From assembly GCA_039621445.1 (NCBI GenBank), contig CP154954.1:38959816-39023815 (forward strand): 64,000 nt of DNA, written 5' to 3'. The stretch is from Euglena gracilis (Eukaryota). The translations under genes and the position numbers were made by a program. This document shows, piece after piece, positions 1 through 28,200 of this stretch (the first letter of the stretch is position 1; the number at the start of each line of letters is the position of its first letter). The notes beneath the pieces are model-generated. The model was not told where the DNA came from, did no database searches, and was given only the letters and a program-made list of their open reading frames with translations.

Positions 1-1233
1 ATGTATGTATGTATGTATGTATGTATGTATGTATGTATGTATGTATGTATGTATGTATGTATGTATGTATGTATGTATGTATGTATGTATGTATGTATGT
101 ATGTATGTATGTATGTATGTATGTATGTATGTATGTATGTATGTCTGTATGTATGTATGTATGTATGTATGTATGTATGTATGTATGTATGTATGTATGT
201 ATGTATGTATGTATGTAGTATGTATGTATGTATGTATGTATGTATGTATGTATGTATGTATGTATGTATGCATGTATGTATGTATGTATGTATGTATGTA
301 TGTATGTATGTATGTATGTATGTATGTATGTATGTATGTATGTATGTATGTATGTATGTATGTATGTATGTATGTATGTATGTATGTATGTATGTATGTA
401 TGTATGTATGTATGTGTGTGTGTATGTATGTATGTCTGTCTGTCTGTATGTATGTATGTTGTCTGTCTGTCTGTATGTATGTATGTCTGTCTGTCTGTCT
501 GTCTGTATGTATGTATGTATGTATGTATGTATGTATGTATGTATGTATGTATGTATGTATGTATGTATGTATGCATGTATGTATGTATGTATGTATGTAT
601 GTGTATGTATGTATGTATGTATGTATGTATGTATGTATGTATGTATGTATGTATGTATGTATGTATGTATGTATGTATGTATGCATGTATGTATGTATGT
701 ATGTATGTATGTATGTATGTATGTATGTATGTATGTATGTATGTATGCATGCATGCATGCATGTATGTATGTATGTATGTGTATGTATGTATGTATGTAT
801 GTATGTATGTGTGTATGTATGTATGTATGCATGTATGTATGTATGTATGTATGTATGTATGTATGTATGTATGTATGTATGTATGTATGTATGTATGTAT
901 GTATGTATGCATGTATGTATGTATGTATGTATGTATGTATGTATGTATGTATGTATGTATGTATGCATGTATGTATGTATGTATGTATGTATGTATGTAT
1001 GTATGTATGTATATGTGTGTAGGTATGTATGTATGTATGTATATATGTATGTATGTGTATGTATGTATGGTATGTATGTATGTATGCATGTGTATGTCTG
1101 TCTGTCTGTATGTATGTATGTATGTCTGTCTGTCCGTCTGTATGTATGTATGTATGTATGTATGTGTGTATGTATGTATGTATGTATGTCTGTCTGTCTG
1201 TATGTATGTATGTATGTTGTCTGTCTGTATGTA

Positions 1234-1264
<31 letters not shown>

Positions 1265-1765
1265 ATGTATGTATGTATGTATGTATGTATGTATGTATGT
1301 ATGTATGTATGTATGTATGTCTGTATGCATGTATGTATGTATGTATGTATGTATGTATGTATGTATGTATGTATGTATGTATGTATGTATGTATGTATGT
1401 ATGTATGTATGTATGTATGTATGTACATGTATGTATGTATGTATGTATGTATGTATGTATGTATGTATGTATGTATGTATGTATGCATGTATGTATGTAT
1501 GTATGTATGTATGTATGTATGTATGTATGTATGTATGTATGTATGTATGTATGTATGTATGTATGTATGCATGTATGTATGCATGTATGTATGTATGTAT
1601 GTATGTATGCATGTATGTATGTATGTATGTATGTATGTATGTATGTATGTATGTATGTATGTATGTATGTATGTATGTATGTATGTATGTATGTATGTAT
1701 GTATGTATGTATGTATGTATGTATGTATGTATGTATGTATGTATGTATGTATGTATGTATGTATA
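1..1765. repeat. (TATG)n microsatellite array with TCTG/CATG variants
   Basis: Directly visible tetranucleotide array; it produces the spurious MYVC ORFs. Confidence 0.98.
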
Positions 1766-1830
1766 CCTGTGTGTGTGTGTGTGTTTAGATCCACGACATC
1801 CCCCCCAGGGGTGTCGCTACGTGAATCCAT

Positions 1831-14883
<13,053 letters not shown>

Positions 14884-15760
14884 GTGGGCGGCGGCCTCCC
14901 CCCCCCCCAAATTTGCATGAGGGTCCTCGGGGGGGGGGGGGGGTGCCAGGCCCCCCCTGCTGCTGTGCCCCACCCAATGTTTGGCAGGGGAAGGGGCACA
15001 GAACCAGGAACCACGAAAAGCCTCCAAGGCGAAGGGTCGGGTACACAAGGCGATTCCCCGGCATGCCCCATAGCAGGTTGCTGCCTGTCTTCGTTCACAT
15101 GCATTTGTGTCCCCCTAGGGGGGTGTCAAAAAATGGCAAAATGGCTTTGCCCCTTCCAAACAAAAAAACCTCTTTTTGCGGGTCGTGATCCTTGCTGGCT
15201 GGGACCCCAGACGGCAGAGGCGGCCACCCAAAATGGAGGGTATGGATAAGATTGGTTTGGATGGCGTTCGGTTCAAAATCCGCCCAATTATTACGCCAGG
15301 ACCAATTTTGGGAAACCACTCAGATTCTCAAGCCATTTAAAATATTTCACCAGATTCACACACGTGATGAAATACGAGATGTAAGAAAGAGCAGTTACAT
15401 GAGTATTTGATTTTGGCTACACAATTTTTTGTTATCTAACACTATTTTTTCTCAAAGTGTGTTTGGCTTTCAAGGATTGTTGGGGGGGTTATGTTCGGCT
15501 GCTCTTTCAGTTTTACAGCTCTTTTGGAATTTCTAATAGTGTTTGTATTTTCCATTTCTCCTCGTGTCGGTGCCCAATTTTTTCAATTTAAGGAAACCAC
15601 ACAAATTTTTCCCCGGCCGTTTTCCCCAATTTTTGTGCCACCAATTTTGTTGGAACCAACCTCATGCATGCCCAATGTCGCCCCCCCCCCCCTGGCGGTC
15701 AAGCACCTGCCTCACATTTCGCACGAGCGACCAGCAACGTTTTTTTTTTGTGTAACACAG

Positions 15761-18700
15761 GGGGGGCCAAGCCAAACTGTAACCAACATGGTGTGGCCAA
15801 ATGAATTCATGGATGTGGCCCTCCGATCGATGTGGATGGCGTGCACCACCACCATGATGGCCGCCGCCACGCATTTCCCCCAACAGCAACCGCATCCCCC
15901 GCCGCCGCCGCCGGCTCAACCGCCGTGGGACGCCTACCGCGCGCTGGACCGCCCGGGTGGCTCGTACGCGTCCACCCCCCTGGCCGGAGGTGTGGGCCAG
16001 CCCCAGGATTCGATGTGAGGAAGGTGCACGGGGTTTAGGTGGGGGGTATCCCCCCCGGACCAGAGGGGGGTCCGGACCACCCCCCCACCTGCCGTGGGGA
16101 GTCCAGAACAACCCCGGGGGGTACCCGGGACCCCCCAAAAAGGTCAATTTTTCTTTCCTGCTTCGCATGCGAAATGTTTTGCATTTTTTGACAAATTTTT
16201 GCCCATGAAGTGCCCAAAATGGCACCTTTGGCTCACAATGGCGCCCAGACCACACCACTGTTTGGTCAGGGGGTGTCGCCCCAACCCCCCCCCCCCCCGC
16301 TGGACTGGAGGGGTCCGGACCCACCACCTGCCTTATTTTGAAGCCTGGTCGGCCTGCCGTAAGCCCCGGCCTTCCCCCAGCACTGGGGTGCCTTGGAAGA
16401 CCAACCCAGGATCAGCCTGAAGTGGAAGGAAGTTTGAATGCACACCTTGTGGGGGTGGGGCGAAATTGCACAGTGATAATTTCTGCAGGCCGAGCGCAAA
16501 ATAGACCAAAAGAAAAGTGAAAAATGGGTCAAGGATGCAAATCGGGCTGGCCAACTATGGGGAGGGGAAGGTTGCATGGAAAGAGAGGGTTGGTGTGGAT
16601 GGCAAAGCCCAATCTTTCCGAACAGACGGAAATTTTTTTGGTTTTCGGTTTTCCTCGTCACCAAAACTATGAAAGTGTGAGCCTTGAGATATAAAAAGTT
16701 TCGTCCATAATTGTGCCATTGCCATAATTGTGAATTTTGTAATTGCAATCAAGGGTTTGAAGCCAACTTTTTTTGTCTTCTCCCTGCCCGGCTATTTGGG
16801 CACCATTTTCTCAGTCCTGAGATCCTGAGCCCCAAACAACGAGTGCCAGATTACTGGACCCATCTTTTTGCCTTACCCCCCCTGCCAGGCTTTGGGGAGG
16901 ACACGGTAGGGAAGAGCTGGGAGGAGGCAAAGGAACAATCGGACGCGTGAGGATTTGCGAAAGCCACCCCAGAAAATTACTCTCCCCAAATGCAAAGCCC
17001 CCCTCCCCAAAACACCCCCCCCCCAATTAGAAGCCCCTCCACCAAATAACACCCCCCTCCAAATAGAAGCCCCCCCCCAGGTTTCCCACCAAAAATTCAA
17101 ATAACACCCCCCCCCCCCCCCCTCGACCAAGCGGCCGACAAAGTTTACGAAGTTTTTCCAAAAAATGGTGAAAACCTCGAAAACCTCGAAAATCTCCATG
17201 AAAACAGGTCGTCATCGGGAACAAAATTGATATCTGGTTTCCTTGAAACATGGCCTATCCACCCAAAACTCGAAAAAATGTGCTTGCAAATTTTAATTTT
17301 GGACCACATTCGATCTCCGGATCGGCCGCCAGCAGAAGGTTTTTCCTTTAGACAAAGGGTGCCCAATTAGAACCCCCCCCCCCCCGCTCGAGTTTTCCGC
17401 AGGGTGACCGAATAGTAGCCCCGGGGGGCTTCTAATTGGGGGGGGGGTCCGGGGCTGCATTGGGCTGGGTCGATGAAAAAACAAAATTTTCTAAAACAAT
17501 TTTGCCTTCTCGATGCTAAATCAATGCTGGATCGGGACCGGAGGAACAGCCTGCTTACCGACTCATGCCACACAGGTGTAGGTGCTAGACATTGAGGGCA
17601 CGGAAGCTGTGATGAGGGAAAAAATAGGATATGTGAGCTGGGCAGCCTAGTTGGCTGGCCAGCTTGTGGCCGGCTGGCCCGGCCTCTGGCCGGGCTGGAC
17701 CCAACTTCATTTCACTCGACCCCCCGGGGGGGGGGGCTTTCAGCCCGAATTTGGGCCGCTGGCTGGATTTGAGCTGCTGGCTGGCTGGACCCCCCCAGGG
17801 GATGGGGTCCCCTCCGGCTAAAGAAAACCCCTGCTTGTGACCCCCCCCTATCCCCCGGGGGGGTCCAGCCAGCAGCTCGTTTCCAGCCAGCAGCCTTTTT
17901 TGCCAGCCAGAGGCTGGACCCCCCCTGGGGGTCCTTATGAAAACCCACGGTTCGACATAAATTGGGTGTCATGGCATTGAGGTGGCTGTGAGGGAGTATC
18001 CCCACCCCCAAAAGGTCAAAATTCTGCGTCTAGCAATTCACTTTTCTTGGTAATTTTGACAAAATTTCCTCAAAAATGGAGTGTTAGGCCGATTTTGGGG
18101 GAGTAAGGATTTCTGTCCCAGCGCTTTGTGTCAGCCAAAATGGTTCATTTTGTCCGTGACTTGTGTACGCGAGGGATGCCCTCCCCCCCCCCCCCCCCCC
18201 CCCCGTCTTGACCAAAAGGGGGGGTTCGGTCCCTACCTGGCTGATGTCGAACCTTGCAAACCCCCCAGAGGGTTTTTTTTGAAATCCCACCCAAAATGCA
18301 AAATTCAGGGTGCTTTATTTAATGAGGAGAGTTAGATTCCCACCATCTGAAGGGGTGCCAGACACAGGAAATTTTCTGGCATGGAACGTGCCATATCCAG
18401 AAGATTTTGGTACCTGAAATACCCCCTGATAAAAATTCTACCACTGATGATACCAACAATGGCGAATATTTGTTGTTGTTGCCAATTGAGTCTAGTTTCT
18501 GAAATAATTCTTTGAAGGAAGAATGCAACACAGAGAGGTGAAATTGTGATTGTGATTGCTCTTTGTTTGGTGTCTTTTGCTTTGTGCCTTTTGGAAATAA
18601 GAGGAACGAGATGCATTTCAAAGTTCACTATGCGCCTATGAAGCATCAGAGCAGATGTTGTGGGATGGTTCTGAGTGCATGTGTTTTCTTTTGGCTGAGA

Positions 18701-19171
18701 ACAACGACTCAAACTGTCACAAATGGGAATCGAGGGCCCTCGGCATGGCTTTCCAAAAACCTTGACCCATTGAAATCTCAGAGAATTTTGATTCCCTCTG
18801 GTCCTCCAACAGCCTCACGCTGGTCTTTTTCACACAACACTGGCGTTGCTGGTTGCACTCAGGAGCCACTGACAGCCCGCACTCCTTCGCCCGGGAGCCC
18901 CCGTGGGACGCCCCCCGCGTGCCGGCCAACGCGGTGGCGGACGTCACGGAGGTCGGCCCGCCGAGTGGGCAGGTGATGGTCCACGGCTCGGGCCTTCCTT
19001 CCTTCGCCTTCCGCAACAGTGGCTTGCACATCCATGATCCTGTGCTGGCCAGTGGCGCAATCACACACACACACACACGCACGCACGCACGCACGCACGC
19101 ACGCGCGCACGCACGCAAACACGCACGCACGCATGCCACGCCACGCATGCACGCACGCTATGCCACGCACG

Positions 19172-19223
<52 letters not shown>

Positions 19224-22200
19224 CGCGCACACACACACACACACACAGTTGAGGGCTGGAAATGGTAGTGCCCGAAATCTGACCTCGGGGCCAGCGCCAG
19301 CCTGCGGCCGCCAGAGTACCAGCCCGCGGAGGGCCTCGGCAGGGCCCCACCCTTCGCCCGTCGCTTCATCCCCGAGGCGTGCCCCCCTGTGCCCCCTCCA
19401 GACTCCTTTTCAACTCAGATGACACCCCCAGGGGAGACGAGGGGATGAACCCATTTGAACGTCAAATACCCCCCATTTCCACATCGCATGGAGCGCTGGA
19501 GGAAATTCTTTTTGCCAGAGGACCCCAGGACTCCCGGGGGAGGGTCTAGCCAGTGTGCAGCTTGTGGTCATCCCAGCCACGGACCCGGAGTCCTTAAACA
19601 AAGGCCTGATGGGTATTTTTGCGACCCCCCGCCTGGGAGGGAAGCCAGGAGTAACAAGTGGTGGTGCCCCCGCAGTCATTATCCAACTTACAAGTGTAAC
19701 GCCATTAAGAGTGATCGGGGGGGGGGCAGGGAAGGATGGGAAGCCCTTCGGTATTGAGGTAGGTGGTAGGGGGGGGTCCGGACCCCCCCCCCCCTGGGGG
19801 GGGCAGGTGGGAGGGGGGGTGCCGGCCCACCCCCCCCCCCCCTAGATGTTGGGAGGGGGGGTCCGGACCCCCCACCCCCCCCTCCTTGACGGGTGCCAAA
19901 AATACAGGGATTCCCTCTGATTCGTGGCACGAATAATCACGAATAATCACGAATCACCACGAATTTTGGATTTTTCGAAAATCACGAATAATCACGAATA
20001 TCACGAATAACCACGAATGAGATTTTTTCCTGGAAAATTTTTTAGTTTACAAATGAAGTCTTTCAGCATTCGGAACTGTACTTTATTTGTTCTTTAAAAA
20101 ATTTCTTCTTCGGATTTTGACGATGAGGTTGAGGACCGCTTCACTGTTGCGTAACAACACTGGCCGCGAGCGACTTTGCTTTCTGCTTTTGTGATGGATC
20201 ATGTTTTCAGCCAAAAAAAGGTTTGTTTAGACAATGGAACGCTCACACAATGATGATGCATAGGTACATCGTTGGCAACTTTGTGTCCCCCCCCTTGTCC
20301 AACGACCGGGCTTGCCTGACGACTACCCCCTCCCACGGTCAGAGATGATCTTTTTGTATACATATGATTTGGTTCCGCCAAAATTGCTAACAGTTGGCCA
20401 AAAATAGTCAAAAATGACCAAAATGGCCTGAAAATGGCCAAAGGTGGCCCAAAATGGCCAAAAACCAAAAAAAAATGGCAAAAGGGAAAAAAATACCAAA
20501 AGTCACCAAAAATCGCCCAAAGCGGCCAAAAGTGGGCCAAAGAGGGCCATGGTGTGGCCAACAGTTGCCAAAGGTGGCCAAAAGCGACCAATCAAGGCGA
20601 AAAGTGGTTAAAATGCCTGCCGGCATCCCAGCAGTCCACCATTTAGCTGAAAACCGGGCGGATTTTTGGAACCACGAATAATCACGAATAATCACGAATA
20701 ATCACGAATAATCACGAATAATCACGAATCAGAAATGGCGGTGCCCACCACGAATGGGAGGGAAACCCTGCAAAAATAGCAGAAAATTTTCTTCCGGCGC
20801 TGCGCGCCGGAAAATGAGCAAAAAACACCCCTTTTGCTCACTTTTGGACATATTGCCCATTTTTTGATGTGTTGGTGTTTTCCCCCAAAAAAATGTTCAA
20901 AAAATTTCAAAAAATGAGCATTTTTGGATCGATTTTCAAAGAAAAATCAGGGATTTTTGACCAATTTCGACCCTTTTTCCGGCCCTTTGCCCGTCCATGA
21001 AATCGAAAAATTTTCGGCCCCCCCTCAGTTTCGAGGTAGGAGGGGGGGGTCCGACCCACCCCCCCCCCCCTCCGTGTCGGGAGGGGGGGTCCGACCCACC
21101 CCCCCCCCTCAAGGCTTCCCATCCTTCCCTGGGGGGGGGGTCGTATGGAGCCGGGTCCAACCTTCAGGGGAAAGCTGGGGACATGGATTGGGGAATCTTA
21201 GGGAATCTTAGGATTCCAATAAGATTCCCTAAGATTCCAAAAGATTCCAATAAGATTGCATAAGATTCCCTACGATTCCAATAAGATTCCCTAAGATCCC
21301 TAAGAACCCAATAAGATTCCATAAGTTTCCTTAAAATCCCAAGACTCCCTAAGATTCCCTAAGGTTGCAATAAGATTCCCTAAAATTCCAATAAGATTTC
21401 ATAAGATTCTCTAAGATTCTCTAAGATTACAATAAGATTCCAATAGGATTCCATAAGGTTCCCTAAGATTCCAATAAGTTTCCAATAAAATTCCCTAAGA
21501 TTCCCTAAGATTCCAATAAGATTCATTAAGATTCTCAAAGATCTTAGGGAATCTTAGGGAACATTAGAGAAGTAGTAGGGAATTTTAGGGAATCTTATTG
21601 GAATCTGAGGGAATCTTCGAGAATCTTATGGGAATCTTAGGGAATCTTTGGGAATCTTGGGGAATCTTAGGGAATCTTAGGGAATCTAGGGAGGCTTAGG
21701 GAATCTTAGGGAATCTTAGAGAATCTTTGGGATTCTTAGGTAATCTTAGGAAATCTTATTGGAATCTTAGGGAATCTTTGGGAATCTTATTGGAATCTTA
21801 TGGAATCTTATGGAGATTTAGGGAATCTTAGGGAATATTAGGGAATCTTATTGGAATCTTAGGGAATGTTATTGTAATCTAATGGAATCTTAGGGAATCT
21901 TAGGGAACCTCACGGATTCCAAGCAAATCTCAGGGAATCTTACGGAATCTTATTGGAACCTTGGGTAATCTTAGGGAATATTTGGGAATCTTAGGGCATC
22001 TTATTGGAATCTTGGGGAATCTTATGGAATCTTAGGGAATTTTCTTGCCATCTTATGGAATCTCAGGGAATCTTAGGGAATCTTCTTATTGGAAGCTTAT
22101 GGAAGCTTAGGGAATCTTAGGGAATCTTATGGAATCTTATTGGAACCATAGGGAATCTTAGGGAATCTTAGGGTATGTTATTGGAATCTTAGGGAATCTT

Positions 22201-25200
22201 ACGGAATCTTATTTGAATCTTGGGGAATCTTAGGGAATATTGGAGAATCTTGGAGAATCTTAGGGAATAATATTGGAGTCGTAGGGAATCTTGGGGTTCC
22301 GATTGGCCTCCCGTCGGGCTCCCATTTTTTTCGAAAGTTAGAGAAAGCTTAGACCACATTCCGGATGAATTTTAGACCAAATTTTGGCGTTGGTAGGCAA
22401 AATGTGTTTCCAAAAATCTCCAAAATGTGACCTAACTTTCGGCCTAATTGGTCCCTGAAAATGTCCAATTTTCAACGCGCCGAACCTAACCCTGAAACTA
22501 AGTGGAGACCCTCCTGGGATCTGCCGCCCGTTGCCTGGATCCGGCGCGGTTCCGGGCGAAGCGCACCGAAAATCCGGAAGGTCGGACCCGGGTCACTCCA
22601 TACGACCCTCCCCTTGAACACTCTTAACGTCCCCCCGGGTGGGGGGGGGGGTCAGAGTGATCCTTTCTTTGAGACATAGTCCGCCAGTTCAAAAAATGAA
22701 GAGGGTTATTTGAGGAGGGATAATCTTTCCTTCTCGGTTCATCGCCAGGGGTCAGAGGTGCCCTTCTGACCCGATTGAATTGCAGCTTTTGAAGGCTAAC
22801 TATTGGAAATGAAAATCAACTGGAAACATGAATGTGCAAAGATTGCCAAAGCTTTCTCAGGTGCATTCTTCAGGTCTCTTCTCAAGGATTTGCTATAGCC
22901 AAGGGTCGGGGGACTGCCGCAAGCTCAAAATTGGTCAGCCCGATTTCCAGTGGGTCCCTGAGCCAATTGGCTCCAAAAACCTGCACCCAGTTTTGGCATT
23001 TTGGGCCCCACCGGGGGAGTTCCTGCCCCGACAACGAGTCCACGTCGCCACCGCAGCCCCCCCTCACCCCGCACAGGGTGGCGACGGCTCTGGGACGCCG
23101 GCCACCACCCCCACCGCCGGCAGCCTCTCCTCGCCGCTGCGCCGCTCCGCCTCGGACCGGCCGGAGGTGCCCCCCCCCCCCCCGTGGCTGTCGCCACAGT
23201 GTGCCGCATCACTGGGCCGGCCCCCCGCCAAGCCAACCTCAACCTGCCAAGGTTCATCCCACCCCGGCCGAGGGCATTTTGTGCAACCCCTGGGTCCATG
23301 TGTGGCCTCCAGACATGTTTCTTTCCTCGGCGCCGAAGGCCGGTCTGGCGACCTCCCACCTGTGCTCAGCCCTTCGGGGTTCAGGTCGGCGGCCTCCGCC
23401 CCGACCTCAGGTCGGCGGAGGGGGCCCCACCGGGACACCGGGATGGGTGAGGGGCTTCCCCCCCCCTGCCTTCCCCCCCCCCCAGGCCCGGCTGGAGAGG
23501 CCGGCACCGCCGGTGTGGGACCGGGACATCGACGGCGTGGAGCGGCCGGTGGCGGACCCCCGCGGCGGGATCCGGCGGCTCGCGGCCCACGTGTGCCCTG
23601 TGGCTTGGCCCGGCCGCGGGATGGGGTGGCGAATGCGGCGCCCCCGAGCTCGTGTTTTTCCAGGCGCAAACCAATGTGGCAATGCGGCGGAACCTTTCGC
23701 GGTTGATTGGGGTTGTGACTCCTTGAGTAGGCCGTTGCTCAAGAAATTTTGAACCCGCCGCCCTGGCTGGCTGAGGGTCCAGCCAGCCAGCAGCCATCAT
23801 CCAGCCCCAAACAGCCCCTCCCCCCATCGACGAGTTTTGTCTTGCCACTGACCGAAGGGCGGCTGGACGGTGTCAGATTGTTAGCTTCCAGGGGAGGTTG
23901 GGCAAATGGGTCGGATTATAGGCCAAATCAATTTGCCCAAATTTGGGCAAATTTTGGCTCAAATCATCAACGTTTTGAATGCCTGGGAGGTTTTTGGGGC
24001 ATTTTTTGCAGTTTCAATTTCTTTTTGGCACCCAGTTCGACCCCGGGTCAGGCCCAGTTCGCATCCTGGGTCCCCCCATGGGGAGGGGGGGGATCCGCCA
24101 GCAGCCTTTTTCCAGCCAGCCCAAATTTTCCAGCCTCTGAGTTGGACCCCCGGGGGTTCTTAAGCGACGCCCTGGCCATGAGGCTTTGAAGCTTCATGTG
24201 GAACAAGGCGCGTCCCCAGAGGAACGCACCTCCTGGGACCAAACGTCTTTCTGACCCTGGAGTGGGTGAACGATAAAGGGTTTTTCACCGTCGACGGTGT
24301 CCACTGAAGTGATCTGGGCACCGATGAACCCTCCGTGGCATGGCCCATCTCGTCCTGTCGTGCCCGCAGAACGTGGTGGCGGTGCCGGCCGAGAGCCAGC
24401 CCCGCGGGGGCTATTCCGACCCCTACGCCGTCCAGACCCCGCCCGCCAACAAGGCGTGTCGCACCACCACCACGGCCACCTGGGGTGGGTGCACGAGTCC
24501 GCAGAGCAACCCACTTTGGCAAAGTTGAGAACAGAAAGTACTAATTCTGAAAAAGGAGGGAATTGGGGTTCTGCGTGTTGCAGTATTGCACTGCAATCAA
24601 ATGTGCTGATTGGTTCCCCCAAAAGATCCCCTCCTGCTCTGTCTGGCTCACCAGTATCGATTTTCCAGGTTGGCACTCTCTGGCGAGGGCGAAGTACAGT
24701 ATTTATGCTTTTGTCAGGCCCAACAGAAAAGTGCAGATCCTAGCGAAAACAGTTCAGAGCCCAGCAATAAAAGTTAAGGGCCTGGCGATAAAAGTACAGG
24801 ACCTAGCGTTAAAAGCACAGGGCCTATTCACAAAAAGTTCAGGGCCTGGATGGAAATTCTTTTTGTTCTTTTGCGTCTTGTGTGGCATTCATCCTTTTCT
24901 CAGAAATGGACATAGGTGTATGCGGATGTGGGTTACGTGCAACTGAGGCTATTGCCGGTTCATGTTGCTAATGGAGGTGCCCACCTGCGTGAGAAGTATT
25001 GTTTCTGAACTTGAAGAGCGGATGGCACGGGCACAGCTGTAGGGATGTGAACAAGCATGCTTTCAATTGGGCCGAGGGTCCCTGGAATGATCTAGAATAC
25101 CGCAGACTCTGACAAACAGTGAACCACATGATAAGTCCTCACGGAGAAATAGAAGCTGGCGAAAGAAACGTTTCACCTGATTCCAAAAACAAAGTAGATG

Positions 25201-28200
25201 GTTTACAACGTGGATATGAAGGTTTCACCAACAGCACCCATTTCAGGCACATTTATTGTATTTATTCTTTTGCACAGCCCACGTAAAACTCACAAGTTGC
25301 CTGCTTGCCTGAAATGGGTGCTGTTGGTGAAACCTTCATATCCACGTTGTAAATCATCTACTTTGTTTTTTGGAATCAGCCATGCGTTGGAAAAGGTCTG
25401 CCACTTTTTGCGGGTGAAAAGTTTCTTTCACCAGCTTCTATTTCTCCGTGAGGACTTATCATGTGGTTCACTGTTTGTCAGAGTCTGCGGTATTTTAGAT
25501 CATTCCAGGGACCCTCGGCCCAATTGAAAGCATGCTTGTTCACATCCCTAAAGCTGCTCCACACTTTCAATGTCTTGTGCCCGTGCCCTCCGCTCTTCAA
25601 GTTCAGAAACAATACTTCTCACGCAGGTGCACACCTCCATTAGCAACATGAACCGGCAATAGCCTCAGTTGCACGTAACCCACATCCGCATACACCTATG
25701 TCCATTTCTGAGAAAAGGATGAATGCCACACAAGACGCAAAAGAACAAAAAGAATTTCCATCCAGGTCCTGAACTTTTTGTGAATAGGCCCTGTAACCCC
25801 CCCCCCCATTTAAACCGACCCGTCGGTTTAGGACTTTTGGGTTGGCGGAAATCCTGGAGGGGGTCGGTTTAGACGGGGGGTCGGTTTCAGGGGGAGCACA
25901 CGGCTGGCCGACGGCGTGACGGAAGCGGGTTGATGTTAGCAAGGCAATTTCAGTTGGCAAATGCCCAATTTGGTCGGCCAATTCCTAACTTTGAGTGACA
26001 AATGCCTAATTTTGGATGCAAATTCTGAATTTTCGGGGGCAAATGCTAAATTTTGGGTGTAATATCCAATTTTTGGTGGTAAACTGTATAATTTTGGGTG
26101 CAAACTTCAAATTTTAAATGGCAAATACCTAATTTTGTAATTTTTGGGTTCCAACGCCAAACTTTCGGAGGAAAATGCCCAATTTGAGGTGCAAACTCCA
26201 AAATTTGGAAGCAAATGCCTAATTTTGGGTGTAAAATCCTAATTTTGGGTCATCAATGCTAACTATTCAATAAGCCTGGACGCTCTTTCTGTTGGCGGCT
26301 TCCATTATGTTGTGCATGTTTGTCATCCAACTTGCCATGGGTCGGCTTGTTTATTTTTTTGGTTGAAATTCTGCAATGGGTCGGTTTGGAAGGGTAGGTC
26401 GGTTTAGAAGGGGGGTCGGTTTAAAGGGGGCGGGGGGTTACTTTTAACGCTAGGCCCTGTACTTTTATCGCTAAGCCTTTAACTTTTATTGCTAGGCCCT
26501 TAACTTTTTTCACTAGGATCTGCACTTTTTTGTTGGGCTTTGAACTTTTTTCGTTGGGCCTTACAAAAGAATCAATACTGTTACACTGGCTGATGGCACC
26601 CAGGGCTGTTGTTTATTTTCCCCTGGAGGGAATAAAAAGTTTACCTTGAGCAGGGCAAGAGAAGGGCAAGTGAAAAAGTTATTTCAGCAACAGGGTCACC
26701 CCAGCCAACGTGAAAGACAGCAAATAAGGCATTGCAAATGAAGTTCCCGATGCTCTGTTCATTGCGAAGGGGATGAACGGGGGATGATGATTTTGTAGAA
26801 TTTTAAAACACCTCTGGAGGTTTTGGTTTGTGAAATACATTTCCTAAAATTCCATTGACAAGTGGAGCACCATGGCGTCGGGGAAAAAATCCTAAACGAC
26901 ATTCATTTTCTGACAGTTTCTGGCTATAAATTCGATTTTTTTCTTCTGGCCAAAAATTCAATGTCGTTTGAATGATTTTAGTTGATTTGGGCAAATTTTG
27001 GGCGATTGGGCCAACATTGCATTGCGAAACTTTTCCGGAACCCCGAAATCAAAATTAAAATGTGAGCAATGAAAAGTTGGTTATGATGTGTATGTACACT
27101 GTCAATATTTAACAGATTGCATGTTACCGGTGCCCCCCACTTGTACAACGACCCAAGGTCTTTGGCCGACCGCGGTTTTCTCTTCTCCCAACCCTAACCC
27201 TGATATTTTAAATAACCCCAAATCCAACCCCGCTCCGAAGCGGAAGACGGAGAAATGGACCGGGTTTTGGCGTCTCCCGGGGGTCCATGGAAGTGGGAAA
27301 GTGGGCCCCTGCGTTTACCACCGCCGCAAGACAGGGGCGTGCGTTGACCCGCCGTCCGGGCCCCCGCCCGGCCACCGCGGCCGGGCCACTCGCGCCGCGC
27401 CGCGCAGGGGAAAGGCGCGCAGACCCGCTCGAGCTCCGTGCCGGCCGCCTCCCCGCCCGACCACCACCGCCACTCCCTGACCCCCACGCCCTCCCGGCCC
27501 GCCGACCTCATCCCCCGCAGCCAGTCGTGGCATCAGGTGTGGTGCCCGCCCGCCCGCCCGCCTGCCGGGGGCTCTGGCCCCCCGGCAGTCTCGGGACAGT
27601 CAAGCCCAACGTCCAGCAGAGCCCGGAGACACCCTTGGAGGGGAGGCAGGATCGTTTGTGTGGTTTTGAAGGTCAGATTGTTTCCCGCAACCGCCGTTTG
27701 GATTCTGTTGGGGAGGGTGGACGGGTGGAGCTACATTTTTGATGTGGCAACGCAGACCCCGAGCCCGTTGTCGTTGGTCGCCGTCACGCATGCCTTCCTT
27801 TCGTCAGTCGAGCGGCACACCGCGGGACGGGACGCCGCGCTTGGGACCGCGGACCGATGCGTCCTCCCAGGTCTGCTGTGGGGAGGGGCAGCTCCCATTT
27901 CCCGCCTTCCAGTGAAAAATGCAACAAGTCCATCTATTTGTTTACTCCCCCCCCCCCGCGCTGTTCCCCCCTATTGGACAAGCTTGGGGCGGAGTGGCTG
28001 AAACTTTTGGAATGAAGACGACCAACTTCAGTGTTTTTTTTTTAGGGTTTGTTTCCTGTTCATCCCTGTCCAGAAGGCCTCACCCCTCAGAGGTTATTCC
28101 AGAAAACCCTTGCCGCATCTTGAGCCGTCAAACCGCCAGAAAGCCCCCTGGCATCGTGTACCACAGTGAATTTTAAAGTTTGCATTTTCTTTCTATTTTC

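Noticed and set aside
23020-23076. Frameshifted exon extension [12 protein letters not shown]
   Set aside because: Not needed; the GC-AG intron 19377-23076 joins FIPE|GGDGSG in frame
24850-25760. Transposase gene within the foldback
   Set aside because: Only short frames, with no recognisable catalytic motif
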